Shown one piece after another: positions 27,361 to 36,470 of a stretch of DNA of 64,000 bases. This DNA is from an uncultured Aliishimia sp. (GTDB taxonomy: Bacteria > Pseudomonadota > Alphaproteobacteria > Rhodobacterales > Rhodobacteraceae): contig CBFHJA010000024.1 in assembly GCA_965656085.1 (NCBI GenBank), forward strand, positions 494-64,493, given 5' to 3'. How positions within the stretch are numbered: position 1 is the first letter of the stretch; each line of letters opens with the position of its first letter. A program made the translations under genes and the position numbers. The notes below the pieces were generated by a model. That model searched no databases, was not told where the DNA came from, and saw nothing but the letters and a program-made list of their open reading frames with translations.

Positions 27361-28764
27361 ATGAACTGGGATGAATTCGCCGAGTGGTCGGCCAAGATCG
27401 GGCAATGGGGCGCGGACTACCACAAATCGCTTCGCGACCGCCCCGTGCGCGCGCAGACCCGCCCCGGCGAGATCGCGGCGCACCTGCCCGCACACCCGCC
27501 CGAAGGCCCCGAAGCGATGGCGGAGATCTTCGCCGATATCGACCGGGTCGTGATGCCGGGCCTGACCCATTGGCAGCACCCGCGCTTCTTCGCCTATTTC
27601 AACTCCAACGCCGCCCCGCCCTCGATGCTCGCCGATCAAGTGACCTCGATCCTCGCCGCGCAATGCATGCTCTGGCAAACCTCGCCCGCCGCCACCGAAA
27701 TCGAGACCCGCGTGCTCGACTGGCTCCGGCAGGGGCTGGGCTTGCCCGAAGGTTTCGCAGGCGTCATCCAGGACAGCGCCTCTTCGGCAACCCTCGCTGC
27801 CGTGCTCACCATGCGCGAACGCGCCCTCAATTTCGAGGGCAACCAATCGGGCCTCGCGGGCGGCCCCACCCTGCGCATCTATTGCAGCGCCGAGGTGCAT
27901 AGCTCGATCGACAAGGCGATCTGGATTGCCGGGATAGGCCAGCACAACCTCGTCAAACTCCCCATCCTGCCGGGCGACCCCCGGCGCGGCATCGACACCG
28001 AAGCGCTGCGCGCCGCCATCGAGGCCGACCTTGCGGAAGGCCTCCGCCCCGCCGGGATAATCTCCTGCGTCGGCGGCACCGGCACCGGCGCGTCCGACAA
28101 CGTGGCCGCCGTCATGGACATCGCCGAAGCCCATGATCTCTACACCCATGTGGACGCAGCCTGGGCGGGCTCGGCGATGCTCTGCCCCGAGTTCCGCGAC
28201 CTCTGGGCCGGGGTGGAGCGCGCCGACAGCGTCGTGATGAACCCCCACAAATGGCTCGGCACGAATTTCGACCTCTGCGCCCATTACGTCCGCGACCCCG
28301 AAAGCCTCGTGCGCACGCTTGGCATCCAGCCCGACTACCTCAAGACCCAAGGCGCGGACGGCATCATCAACTATTCCGAATGGTCGATCCCGCTGGGCCG
28401 CCGCTTCCGGGCGCTCAAACTGTGGTTCCTGATCCGCTCTTATGGCCTCGACGGCCTGCGCACCCGCCTGCGCAACCATGTGGACTGGGTGCAGGGCCTG
28501 TGCGAGCGTCTGCGCGACCACCCGTCCTTCGAGATCGTCACCGACCCGATCCTCGCGCTCTTCACCTTCCGCCTGCGCGCGGGCGACGATGCGACCGCCG
28601 CGCTGATCCAGAAGATCAACGACGACGGGCGCATTTATCTGACCCAGACCCGCGTCGACGGGCAATTCGTGATCCGCTTCACCGGCTGCCAGTTCGACGC
28701 CACGAAAGAGGATGTGGACATGGCCTATGACGTGATCACGGAATTGGCGGAGGGGATGACATGA
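27361..28764 (+). CDS. pyridoxal-dependent aromatic-L-amino-acid (tyrosine/DOPA) decarboxylase-family protein
   Basis: 467 aa group II decarboxylase with HWQHPRFFAYF, the PLP-lysine motif NPHKWL, and the SIPLGRRFRALKLWF block. Confidence 0.85.
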   Translation: MNWDEFAEWSAKIGQWGADYHKSLRDRPVRAQTRPGEIAAHLPAHPPEGPEAMAEIFADIDRVVMPGLTHWQHPRFFAYFNSNAAPPSMLADQVTSILAAQCMLWQTSPAATEIETRVLDWLRQGLGLPEGFAGVIQDSASSATLAAVLTMRERALNFEGNQSGLAGGPTLRIYCSAEVHSSIDKAIWIAGIGQHNLVKLPILPGDPRRGIDTEALRAAIEADLAEGLRPAGIISCVGGTGTGASDNVAAVMDIAEAHDLYTHVDAAWAGSAMLCPEFRDLWAGVERADSVVMNPHKWLGTNFDLCAHYVRDPESLVRTLGIQPDYLKTQGADGIINYSEWSIPLGRRFRALKLWFLIRSYGLDGLRTRLRNHVDWVQGLCERLRDHPSFEIVTDPILALFTFRLRAGDDATAALIQKINDDGRIYLTQTRVDGQFVIRFTGCQFDATKEDVDMAYDVITELAEGMT

Positions 28765-29615
28765 GACTGGCGACGGCCCGCGTTGGCGGACGGACAACAT
28801 GGGGCATTGTGACGGAGGACGGCTTTGTAGACCTCGCGCCCGACCACCCCGAGATGCCGACCCTCAAGGAGGTGATAGAGCAGGGCGCGATGCAGGAACT
28901 GGCGCTCACTCATCACGGCGACAGCCCGACCGACGCGCTCGACGAGCTGACATTCGAGCCGCCGATCCCGGCCCCGGGCAAGATCATCTGCGTCGGCGTC
29001 AACTTCCCCGACCGCAATGCCGAGTACAAGGACGGGCAGGAGGCGCCGCCCAACATGTCGCTCTTTCCGCGCTTTGCCGACAGCTTCACCGGCGCGGGCC
29101 AGCCCCTGATCCGCCCGCCGGAAAGTCACAAGCTGGACTACGAGGGCGAGATCGCAGTCGTGATCGGCAAACCCGGCCGCCGCATCGCCGAGACCGATGC
29201 CTATGACCACATCGCAGCGCTCACGCTCTGCAACGAAGGCACAATCCGCGACTGGGTCCGCCACGCGAAATTCAACGTCACCCAAGGCAAGAACTGGCAC
29301 CGCTCGGGCGCGCTGGGCCCGTGGCTGGTCCCCTTCACCCATGCCGCGCAACTGGACGACGTGGAGATTACCACCCACGTCAACGGGGAGCTGCGCCAGC
29401 AGGACCGCACCTCCCGGATGCTCTTTCCCATCCGCCGCCAGATCGCTTACATCTCCACCTTCACGCCGCTCGCTCCGGGCGATATCATCGTCACCGGAAC
29501 CCCGACCGGGGCCGGGGCGCGGCTCGACCCGCCGCAATTTCTCAAACCCGGCGATGTGATCGAGGTGCGCGCCACGGGGATCGGCACGCTGACAAACGGA
29601 GTCGAGGACGAATGA
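28761..29615 (+). CDS. fumarylacetoacetate hydrolase-family protein (HpaG-like isomerase/decarboxylase)
   Basis: 284 aa, ..KIICVGVNF.., ..LDYEGEIAVVIG.., ..GDIIVTGTPTG.., all FAH-fold motifs. ATGA-coupled on both sides. Confidence 0.8.
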   Translation: MRLATARVGGRTTWGIVTEDGFVDLAPDHPEMPTLKEVIEQGAMQELALTHHGDSPTDALDELTFEPPIPAPGKIICVGVNFPDRNAEYKDGQEAPPNMSLFPRFADSFTGAGQPLIRPPESHKLDYEGEIAVVIGKPGRRIAETDAYDHIAALTLCNEGTIRDWVRHAKFNVTQGKNWHRSGALGPWLVPFTHAAQLDDVEITTHVNGELRQQDRTSRMLFPIRRQIAYISTFTPLAPGDIIVTGTPTGAGARLDPPQFLKPGDVIEVRATGIGTLTNGVEDE

Positions 29616-30415
29616 AACTCACGGATGCGCAGATCGACGAGGCGGCCGACGCGCTCTTTGCCGCCGAGATCACCGGGCAGCAGATCGGGCTTTTGTCCTC
29701 CACCTATCCGCGCATGTCGATGGACGACGCCTACGCGGTGCAGCGCGCGCTCGTGGCCAAGCGCCGGGCGACGGGGCGCGAGATCATCGGCTGGAAGATC
29801 GGCCTGACCTCGAAGGCGATGCAGGCGGCGCTCCATATCGACATCCCCGACAGCGGCGTGCTCTTCGACGACATGCTGTTCGAGACCGGCGACACGGTCG
29901 CGAAGGGCCGTTTCATCGCGCCGCGCGTGGAGACCGAGATCGCCTTCGTGATGAAATCCGATCTGGACGGGCCGTCGGACCGCGATGCGGTGCTGGAGGC
30001 GACTGATTATGTCGCCCCGGCGCTGGAGCTTCTCGACACGCGGGTGAAACGGCTCGATCCGACCACGTCGATGCCGCGCAAGATCGTCGACACGATCTCC
30101 GACAACGCCGCCAATGCCGGGCTGGTGCTGGGCCGCGAACGGCACGATCCTCTGGACGTGGATTTGCGCCATGTGGGCGCGATCCTAATGCGCGACGGCG
30201 AGGTCGAGGAAACCGGCCTCGGGGCCGGGGTGCTGAATGATCCGGTGACCTCGGTGGTCTGGCTGACCGAACGGCTGGGCGGCTATGGCATGAGCCTGCG
30301 GCGCGGCGATATCGTGCTCTCGGGCAGCTTTGTGCGCCCCGTGGAGGCGCCGTCCGGCTCGGTTTTCGAGGCCGATTTCGGCGGGTTCGGGTCGGTGGCG
30401 ATCTCCTTCGCGTAG
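29612..30415 (+). CDS. hpaH: 2-oxo-hept-3-ene-1,7-dioate hydratase
   Basis: 267 aa starting MKLTDAQIDEAADAL..., with ..GWKIGLTSKAMQ.., ..PRVETEIAFV.. (HpaH/MhpD hydratase family). Confidence 0.8.
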   Translation: MKLTDAQIDEAADALFAAEITGQQIGLLSSTYPRMSMDDAYAVQRALVAKRRATGREIIGWKIGLTSKAMQAALHIDIPDSGVLFDDMLFETGDTVAKGRFIAPRVETEIAFVMKSDLDGPSDRDAVLEATDYVAPALELLDTRVKRLDPTTSMPRKIVDTISDNAANAGLVLGRERHDPLDVDLRHVGAILMRDGEVEETGLGAGVLNDPVTSVVWLTERLGGYGMSLRRGDIVLSGSFVRPVEAPSGSVFEADFGGFGSVAISFA

Positions 30416-30439
30416 CGTTTTGAATGTGGTTCCGCTCGC

Positions 30440-30780
30440 TTTGCGATCGGCAGAGGGGCGCGCCTTCGGCGCGCGGGGGAGCTCTGCTCCCCTCACCCCT
30501 CGGGATATTTTGCGCCAAAGGAAGACAGGGGCGGGGCGCCCAGGATGGCGACGTGGGACTCTGTGGGGTGGGCAATTTGCCGACCATGCCCAAATGGTTA
30601 ACGCCGACGCACCGAACGGTGCGTTAACCCGTGAACGAATCCAAACCGAGCCATACAGGTGCCATACGCTTTGCCATACGCGGTGCCATACACCTGCCAC
30701 ACCTTGTTTTTATGGCGTTAACCCGCGTTTCGGGCGTGTCGCGCGATTTTGAGGTGTTGCGTGCGGTCGTTGGGTTAACC
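30440..30780 (-). repeat. mosaic intergenic repeat, copy B (inverted orientation: hairpin/T-run module 30440-30545, REP 30566-30586, TIR-bounded core 30596-30780)
   Basis: GCCATAC units at 30650, 30661, 30673 and 30685. GTTAAC at 30597, 30624, 30717 and 30774. Confidence 0.9.
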
Positions 30781-30839
30781 ATCTCCCTTGTGAGCCCACT
30801 CGATAAGTGACACGCTGAGGCCAACAAAGGGAGATACCC

Positions 30840-31919
30840 ATGACGCATGACAGCATTCGCCGGACCACCGGGCGTGGCCAGACCTACGATTCCTTGCTCG
30901 ACACGGTCGGCAACACACCTGCGATCCGGATCAACAACCTCGCCCCCGAAGGCGTGGAACTCTATGTTAAAGCAGAGTTTTTCAACCCCGCCGCCTCCGT
31001 GAAGGACCGCCTTGCGCTGGGGATCATCGAAGCCGCCGAGCGCGCCGGGGTGCTGAAGCCGGGCCAGACCGTGGTCGAGGCCACCTCCGGCAATACCGGC
31101 ATCGGGCTTGCGATGGTCTGCGCGCAGAAAGGCTATCCCCTCGTTGTGACCATGGTCGAAACCTTCTCCGTGGAACGCCGCAAACTGATGCGCATGCTTG
31201 GCGCGAAAGTTGTGCTGACGCCCAAGGAAGAGAAGGGTTTTGGCATGTATAACAAGGCGGTAGAGCTTGCCGAGGCCAATGGCTGGTTCCTTGCCTCGCA
31301 GTTTGAATCGCAGGCCAATGCCGATATCCACGAGGCCACCACCGGTCCGGAAATCGTGAATGATTTCAAGGACAAGAAGCTCGATTATCTGGTCACCGGC
31401 TACGGCACCGGCGGCACCGTGACCGGCATCGGGCGGGTATTGCGCCGCGAGCGGCCCGACACGAAAATCATCCTCACCGAGCCCGAAAACGCCGCCCTCA
31501 TCGGGTCCGGCACCGCGCAGGGCCGCACCGAGGCTGGCGGGCCAGCCCATAGCCACCCGGCCTTCAACCCGCACCCGATTCAGGGCTGGACCCCAGACTT
31601 CATCCCGAAGGTCTTGCAGGAGGCCATCGACAGCAAATTCTACGACGATCTGATCCCGGTCGCAGGCGCCGATGGCATCGCATGGGCGCGGCGGCTGGCG
31701 AAGGAGGAGGGGATTTTCACTGGGATTTCAGGTGGTTCTACCTTTGCCGTCTCACAGGATGTCGCCAAGACGGCCGCGCCCGGGTCGGTGATCCTCTGCA
31801 TGCTCCCGGACACCGGCGAGCGCTATCTGTCGACGCCGATGTTCGATGGGGTCGAGGCGGAGATGAGCGACGAAGAGCGCGCGATTTCGGCCTCGACGCC
31901 GGGCTATCAGATGGGGTGA
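30840..31919 (+). CDS. cysK: cysteine synthase A-family PLP enzyme
   Basis: 359 aa with VGNTPAIRIN, KAEFFNPAASVKDR (PLP lysine) and TSGNTGIGLA motifs. Carries an internal ~35-aa insertion relative to the enterobacterial CysK I remember. Confidence 0.8.
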   Translation: MTHDSIRRTTGRGQTYDSLLDTVGNTPAIRINNLAPEGVELYVKAEFFNPAASVKDRLALGIIEAAERAGVLKPGQTVVEATSGNTGIGLAMVCAQKGYPLVVTMVETFSVERRKLMRMLGAKVVLTPKEEKGFGMYNKAVELAEANGWFLASQFESQANADIHEATTGPEIVNDFKDKKLDYLVTGYGTGGTVTGIGRVLRRERPDTKIILTEPENAALIGSGTAQGRTEAGGPAHSHPAFNPHPIQGWTPDFIPKVLQEAIDSKFYDDLIPVAGADGIAWARRLAKEEGIFTGISGGSTFAVSQDVAKTAAPGSVILCMLPDTGERYLSTPMFDGVEAEMSDEERAISASTPGYQMG

Positions 31920-31920
31920 C

Positions 31921-31990
31921 GCGCCTATGGCGCGTTCTGGGGGTCCACCCCAGACCCGGGGATATTCATAGCCAAAGGAAAACAGCAAGG
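31921..31990 (+). repeat. GC-hairpin + degenerate GGGGATATTCATAGCCAAAGGAAAACAG module (solo copy)
   Basis: Hairpins GCGCC-tat-GGCGC and CTGGGG-gtccac-CCCAG followed by the module. It ends 12 nt before the next gene's start. Confidence 0.75.
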
Positions 31991-32001
31991 GAGCGTGGAG
32001 C

Positions 32002-33078
32002 ATGATGGGCGCGCTGGAGGGTCTTCGGGTCGTGGAATTTACCGGTCTTGGGCCCGCGCCTCTTGCCGGGCAGCTCTTGGCCGATCACGGGGCCGAGGTG
32101 ATCACGGTGGACCGCAAGGCCGGGCCTGCCGATCCCTATGACATCAACCGGCGCGGGAAGCGGTCGGTGGTGCTGGACATGAAATCCGAGGATGGTCTGG
32201 CCGCTGCCAAGGCCTTGATTTCCAGCGCGGATATCCTCATCGAAGGCTTCCGGCCCGGGGTGATGGAACGGCTCGGGCTAGGGCCGGAGGACTGCCCCGA
32301 CACGCTGATCTACGCGCGCATGACCGGCTGGGGGCAGACCGGCCCGCTCGCGCAGACCGCCGGGCATGACCTCACCTATCTGGCGCTCACCGGGGCGCTG
32401 CACATGATGGGTGAGACGGGCCGCCCGCCCGTGCCGCCCCTCAACCTTGTCGCGGATTTCGGGGGCGGGACGATGTTCCTGATCTTCGGCATCCTGTCGG
32501 CGGTGATCGCGCGGCAGCGCACGGGCAAGGGGCAGGTCGTGGATGCGGCCATGGCCGAGGGCGTGCCGGCCATGATGGGGCTCTTGCAGGGCTGGCAGGC
32601 GCGCGGCGAGTGGACGGACCAGCGCGGGGCGAACCTGCTCGATGGCGGCGCGCCCTTCTATCGCTGCTACACCTGCGCCGATGGCCGGTTCGTGGCGTTC
32701 GGCGCGCTGGAGCCGCAATTTTTCGCGGAGTTTCTGACACTTACCGGACGCGATCCGGAAGAGGCCCGGAGCCAGTACGACCGCAGCACATGGGCCGAGA
32801 AACACGCCGCCTATGAGGCGCTTTTTGCCAGCCAGCCGCGCGATCATTGGGCGGCGCTCTTCGAAAGCTCGGACGCCTGTGTCGCTCCGGTTCTGACGCC
32901 GGATGAAGCCGCCACCCATCCGCATAACAGCGCCCGGCAGACTTTTGTGACCCCCGGCGGCATCCGGCAGACGGCCCCCGCGCCGCGCCTGTCGGGCACG
33001 CCGGCACGCCCCCCGGAGCCGCCCCGCGCCATCGGTGCGGACACGGACGCTGTCCTCAAGGAATTGAGGCTGGCCTGA
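32002..33078 (+). CDS. CaiB/BaiF family III CoA-transferase (alpha-methylacyl-CoA racemase-like)
   Basis: 358 aa starting MMGALEGLRVVEFTGLGPAPLAGQLLADHGAEVI, with ..ILIEGFRPGVMERLGLGP.. signature blocks. Confidence 0.85.
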   Translation: MMGALEGLRVVEFTGLGPAPLAGQLLADHGAEVITVDRKAGPADPYDINRRGKRSVVLDMKSEDGLAAAKALISSADILIEGFRPGVMERLGLGPEDCPDTLIYARMTGWGQTGPLAQTAGHDLTYLALTGALHMMGETGRPPVPPLNLVADFGGGTMFLIFGILSAVIARQRTGKGQVVDAAMAEGVPAMMGLLQGWQARGEWTDQRGANLLDGGAPFYRCYTCADGRFVAFGALEPQFFAEFLTLTGRDPEEARSQYDRSTWAEKHAAYEALFASQPRDHWAALFESSDACVAPVLTPDEAATHPHNSARQTFVTPGGIRQTAPAPRLSGTPARPPEPPRAIGADTDAVLKELRLA

Positions 33079-33082
33079 AGCC

Positions 33083-35131
33083 TCAGGTCTTGGGACGCCG
33101 TGGCACCGCTTGGCCGCCTTTGCCCGTCGCGGCGGCTTTGGCGGCGGCGCGGGCTTTGTTTTTCTTGCTGTTCTTCTTGCCTTTGGGCGGGGGTGACCCT
33201 TTCGGGCTCTCGCTGGCGCGGCGCGTGCCGCCGGGTTTGCCCTCCGGCTTGCCGCCGGGTTTCCGCTTCGGCGGGCCATCGGTCCGGGGGGCCTTTACCG
33301 CGCCACTGCCGAAGGCGTCGTCCATGCGCCTTGTGCTGTGCGCCGCCTTTTGCCGGGGCTTGCGCGGGTTCGGCGCATCGCCCGGTTTCGGCTTCTTGGT
33401 CCGGGGCGGGGGGGCGTCGTCGTAGTCGATCGGGGCCGCTGCGCTCTGGGCCTTGCGGGGCGCGGGTTTAGGCCCGTCCTTGTAGCGCGGTTTCGGTGCG
33501 CCGGGTCTGTCAGGGCCTCGGGGGCCCTTGCGATGCGGCTTCGGCGGGCGGTCCTCACCGAGATCGGGCGCGGTGGTGAGCCGGGTCGCCGTGACACCGT
33601 CCTCGATCTTGCCCTCCGCACCGATCGCCGCCTCGAAGCCCGGCACGCTGGTTTCCTTGATCTGCACGAAGCTGGCCCCGGACCGCACGCGGATCGCGCC
33701 GATATCGTCCTTGGTCAGATCGCCCGCCTTGCACAGCATCGGGAGCAGGATACGCGGCTCGGCGTCCTGCTCGCGGCCAATCGACAGCGAAAACCAGACG
33801 CTTGGCCCGAACTCGGCGCGCGGGGCGGGCTTGGCGTCGGCGTCGCGCAGTTCCTCGGGTGCGGTGCGCATCGTGTGGAACAGGGTCAGGTATCCGGCGG
33901 CCAGTTGCTGCGGCGTGAACTGCGCGGCCAGCATCTCAACGGTGCCCCGCAGGCTCTCGGGCACCGCGTTGGTCCAGGCCGGATCGGCCAGCAGGCGCGC
34001 CTCGTCCTGCGCCCGGACCTCATCGGCGCTCGGCGCATTGCCCCAGTCCGCGTCAAGCCGTGCCTGTGCGAGGATGCGCTCGGCCTTCCGGCGGGACTTT
34101 TTCGTCACCACCAGAGCCGAGACGCCCTTGCGCCCGGCGCGCCCGGTGCGGCCTGAGCGGTGCAGCAGCGTCTCATGGCTGTTCGGCAATTCCGCGTGGA
34201 CCACCAGATCAAGGCTCGGCAGGTCGATCCCGCGCGCCGCCACATCGGTCGCCACGCAGACCTGCGCGCGCCCGTCCCGCATGGCCTGCAACGCGTGGCT
34301 CCGCTCGGCCTGACTCAATTCGCCCGACAGGCACACGACCTGAAACCCGCGATTGGAGAGCCGCGTCGTGAGCCGGTTCACCGCCGCGCGGGTATTGGCG
34401 AAGACAATCGCATTCGGGGACTCGTAGAACCGCAGCGTGTTGATCACCGCGTTGTCGGTATCCTGCTCTGCCACGACCATCGCCCGGTAGGTGATGTCTG
34501 CGTGCTGCTTGGCCTCGGATTTCGTGACAATGCGCTGCGCATCCCGTTGATAGGTCTCGGCAATCCGCGCGATGGGTTTGGAGACCGTGGCCGAGAACAG
34601 CAGAGTCTGACGCGCCTCGGGGGCCGCGGAGAGGATGAATTCGAGGTCTTCACGAAAGCCCAGATCGAGCATCTCGTCGGCCTCGTCGAGCACCACCGCC
34701 CGCACCGCGCTGAGATCGATTGTCTCGCGCATCAGGTGGTCGCGCAGCCGTCCGGGGGTGGCAACCACGATATGCGCGCCGCGCGCCAGCGCCCGCCGCT
34801 CGTCGCGCATGTCCATCCCGCCCACGCAGGACGCCATGACCGCACCGGCCTGCTCGAAGAGCCACTGAAGCTCGCGTTTGACCTGAAGCGCAAGTTCTCG
34901 CGTCGGGGCGATCACCAGTGCCAGCGGCGCGGCAGCAGGGCCGAACACATCCACGTCCCCCAGAAGCGTGGGGGCTATCGCAAGACCGAAGCCAAGTGTC
35001 TTGCCCGATCCCGTCTGCGCCGAGACCAACAGATCGCGCCCCTCCAGCTCTGGTGCCAGAACCGCCTCCTGAACCGGGGTCAGCGTTTCATATCCACGGG
35101 CATCGAGCGCGGCTTGCAGGGTGTGTTTCAT
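33083..35131 (-). CDS. DEAD-box ATP-dependent RNA helicase with DbpA-type RNA-binding domain and long basic C-terminal tail
   Basis: 682 aa with motifs AQTGSGKT, DEAD (LDEADEML), SAT and HRSGRTGRAG. The last ~190 aa are a K/P/G/R-rich low-complexity tail. Confidence 0.9.
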   Translation of the reverse strand: MKHTLQAALDARGYETLTPVQEAVLAPELEGRDLLVSAQTGSGKTLGFGLAIAPTLLGDVDVFGPAAAPLALVIAPTRELALQVKRELQWLFEQAGAVMASCVGGMDMRDERRALARGAHIVVATPGRLRDHLMRETIDLSAVRAVVLDEADEMLDLGFREDLEFILSAAPEARQTLLFSATVSKPIARIAETYQRDAQRIVTKSEAKQHADITYRAMVVAEQDTDNAVINTLRFYESPNAIVFANTRAAVNRLTTRLSNRGFQVVCLSGELSQAERSHALQAMRDGRAQVCVATDVAARGIDLPSLDLVVHAELPNSHETLLHRSGRTGRAGRKGVSALVVTKKSRRKAERILAQARLDADWGNAPSADEVRAQDEARLLADPAWTNAVPESLRGTVEMLAAQFTPQQLAAGYLTLFHTMRTAPEELRDADAKPAPRAEFGPSVWFSLSIGREQDAEPRILLPMLCKAGDLTKDDIGAIRVRSGASFVQIKETSVPGFEAAIGAEGKIEDGVTATRLTTAPDLGEDRPPKPHRKGPRGPDRPGAPKPRYKDGPKPAPRKAQSAAAPIDYDDAPPPRTKKPKPGDAPNPRKPRQKAAHSTRRMDDAFGSGAVKAPRTDGPPKRKPGGKPEGKPGGTRRASESPKGSPPPKGKKNSKKNKARAAAKAAATGKGGQAVPRRPKT

Positions 35132-35282
35132 GGGGAGGGCAGGCTTTCTATCACGTCGGCAGGCACGAAACGCGCCAAGCCACCGCCCTTACGCCTGTGG
35201 GGTCCCTTTGTATAGAGGCTTCAGGAAAGGTGTGGCACTGCATCGCGCCGCTTTTGGGCGCACTCAGAGGTCGTTCCGAACG

Positions 35283-35400
35283 CTGCGCGTCCGGCCGGGG
35301 GGGCGCGCTGCGCGCGCGCTGGAGGCTCTGCCTCCAGACCTCCGGAATATTTTTGTCAAAAGGAAAACAGGGGCGCAGGCCAGAGCGGGTGAAGGCCGGA
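35283..35400 (+). repeat. GC-hairpins + GGAATATTTTTGTCAAAAGGAAAACAGGGG module (solo copy)
   Basis: Hairpin GGAGGC-tct-GCCTCC, then CCGGAATATTTTTGTCAAAAGGAAAACAGGGG (35342-35373). Lies in the divergent helicase/dipeptidase region. Confidence 0.85.
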
Positions 35401-35482
35401 CTGGGCGGCTCATGCCGCAATCTAAGGCCCTCCCGTCGTATCTTCTCTTGCCAAACCCGCGCCTGCCAAGCCAGATAAGCTC

Positions 35483-36466
35483 ATGACAGCCCCGCGCATC
35501 GACAATCTGCAATACGCCAACTGGTCCCCGAAGATTTTCCGCGAAATGCGGGCGGGCGGGCTGGATGCCGTGCATGTGACCATCGCCTATCACGAAACGT
35601 TCCGCGAGATGGTGCTGAACCTTGAGGCATGGAACCGCTGGTTCGAGGCGCATCCCGACCTGATCTTCAAGGGCATCGCCGCCGCCGATGTGACGCGGGC
35701 GCAGGAGACCGGGCGGACGGCGATCTTCTTCGGGTTCCAGAACCCCAGCCCCATCGAGGACGATATCGGGCTCGTGGAGATCTGCCACCAGCTTGGCGTG
35801 CGGTTCATGCAACTCACCTATAACAACCAGTCCCTGCTCGCGACCGGGTGCTATGAGGACGACGACACCGGGCTCACGCGGATGGGCCGTCAAGTCGTGG
35901 CGGAGATGAACCGGGTGGGGATGGTCGTCGATATGTCCCATTCGGCGGATCGCTCGACCTTGGAGGTCATCGAAGCCTCGTCCCGGCCCATCGCAATCAC
36001 CCATGCCAACCCCGGCTGGTGGCACCCCGCCAAGCGCAACAAGCCCCATGATGTTCTGAAGGCGCTCACGGACCGGGGCGGGATGCTGGGCTTTTCGCTC
36101 TATCCGCACCATCTCAAGCGCGGCACAGACTGCACGCTTGAAGACTTCTGCGCAATGATCGCCGAGGCCGCGTCGCGCTATGGCGTGGCGCATCTGGGGA
36201 TCGGTTCGGACCTCTGTCAGGACCAGCCCGACAGCGTCGTGGAATGGATGCGCGTGGGGCGGTGGTCGAAACAGATGGATTACGGCGAGGGCTCGGCGGC
36301 CAATCCCGGCTTCCCCCCGCAGCCGCGCTGGTTCAAGGACAACCGCGATTTCCCGAACCTTGCCAAAGGCTTGCAGGAGGCTGGCTTCGCGCAGACCGAA
36401 ATCGACGGCCTTCTGGGCGGCAACTGGCACCGCTTCTATGCAGACAGCTTCAGCCCGGAGACATGA
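35483..36466 (+). CDS. M19-family (renal-type) membrane dipeptidase homolog
   Basis: 327 aa with ..QLTYNNQS.., ..VDMSHS.., ..ITHANP.., ..GIGSD.. blocks, the metal ligands of peptidase M19. Confidence 0.8.
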   Translation: MTAPRIDNLQYANWSPKIFREMRAGGLDAVHVTIAYHETFREMVLNLEAWNRWFEAHPDLIFKGIAAADVTRAQETGRTAIFFGFQNPSPIEDDIGLVEICHQLGVRFMQLTYNNQSLLATGCYEDDDTGLTRMGRQVVAEMNRVGMVVDMSHSADRSTLEVIEASSRPIAITHANPGWWHPAKRNKPHDVLKALTDRGGMLGFSLYPHHLKRGTDCTLEDFCAMIAEAASRYGVAHLGIGSDLCQDQPDSVVEWMRVGRWSKQMDYGEGSAANPGFPPQPRWFKDNRDFPNLAKGLQEAGFAQTEIDGLLGGNWHRFYADSFSPET

Positions 36467-36470
36467 GCCC

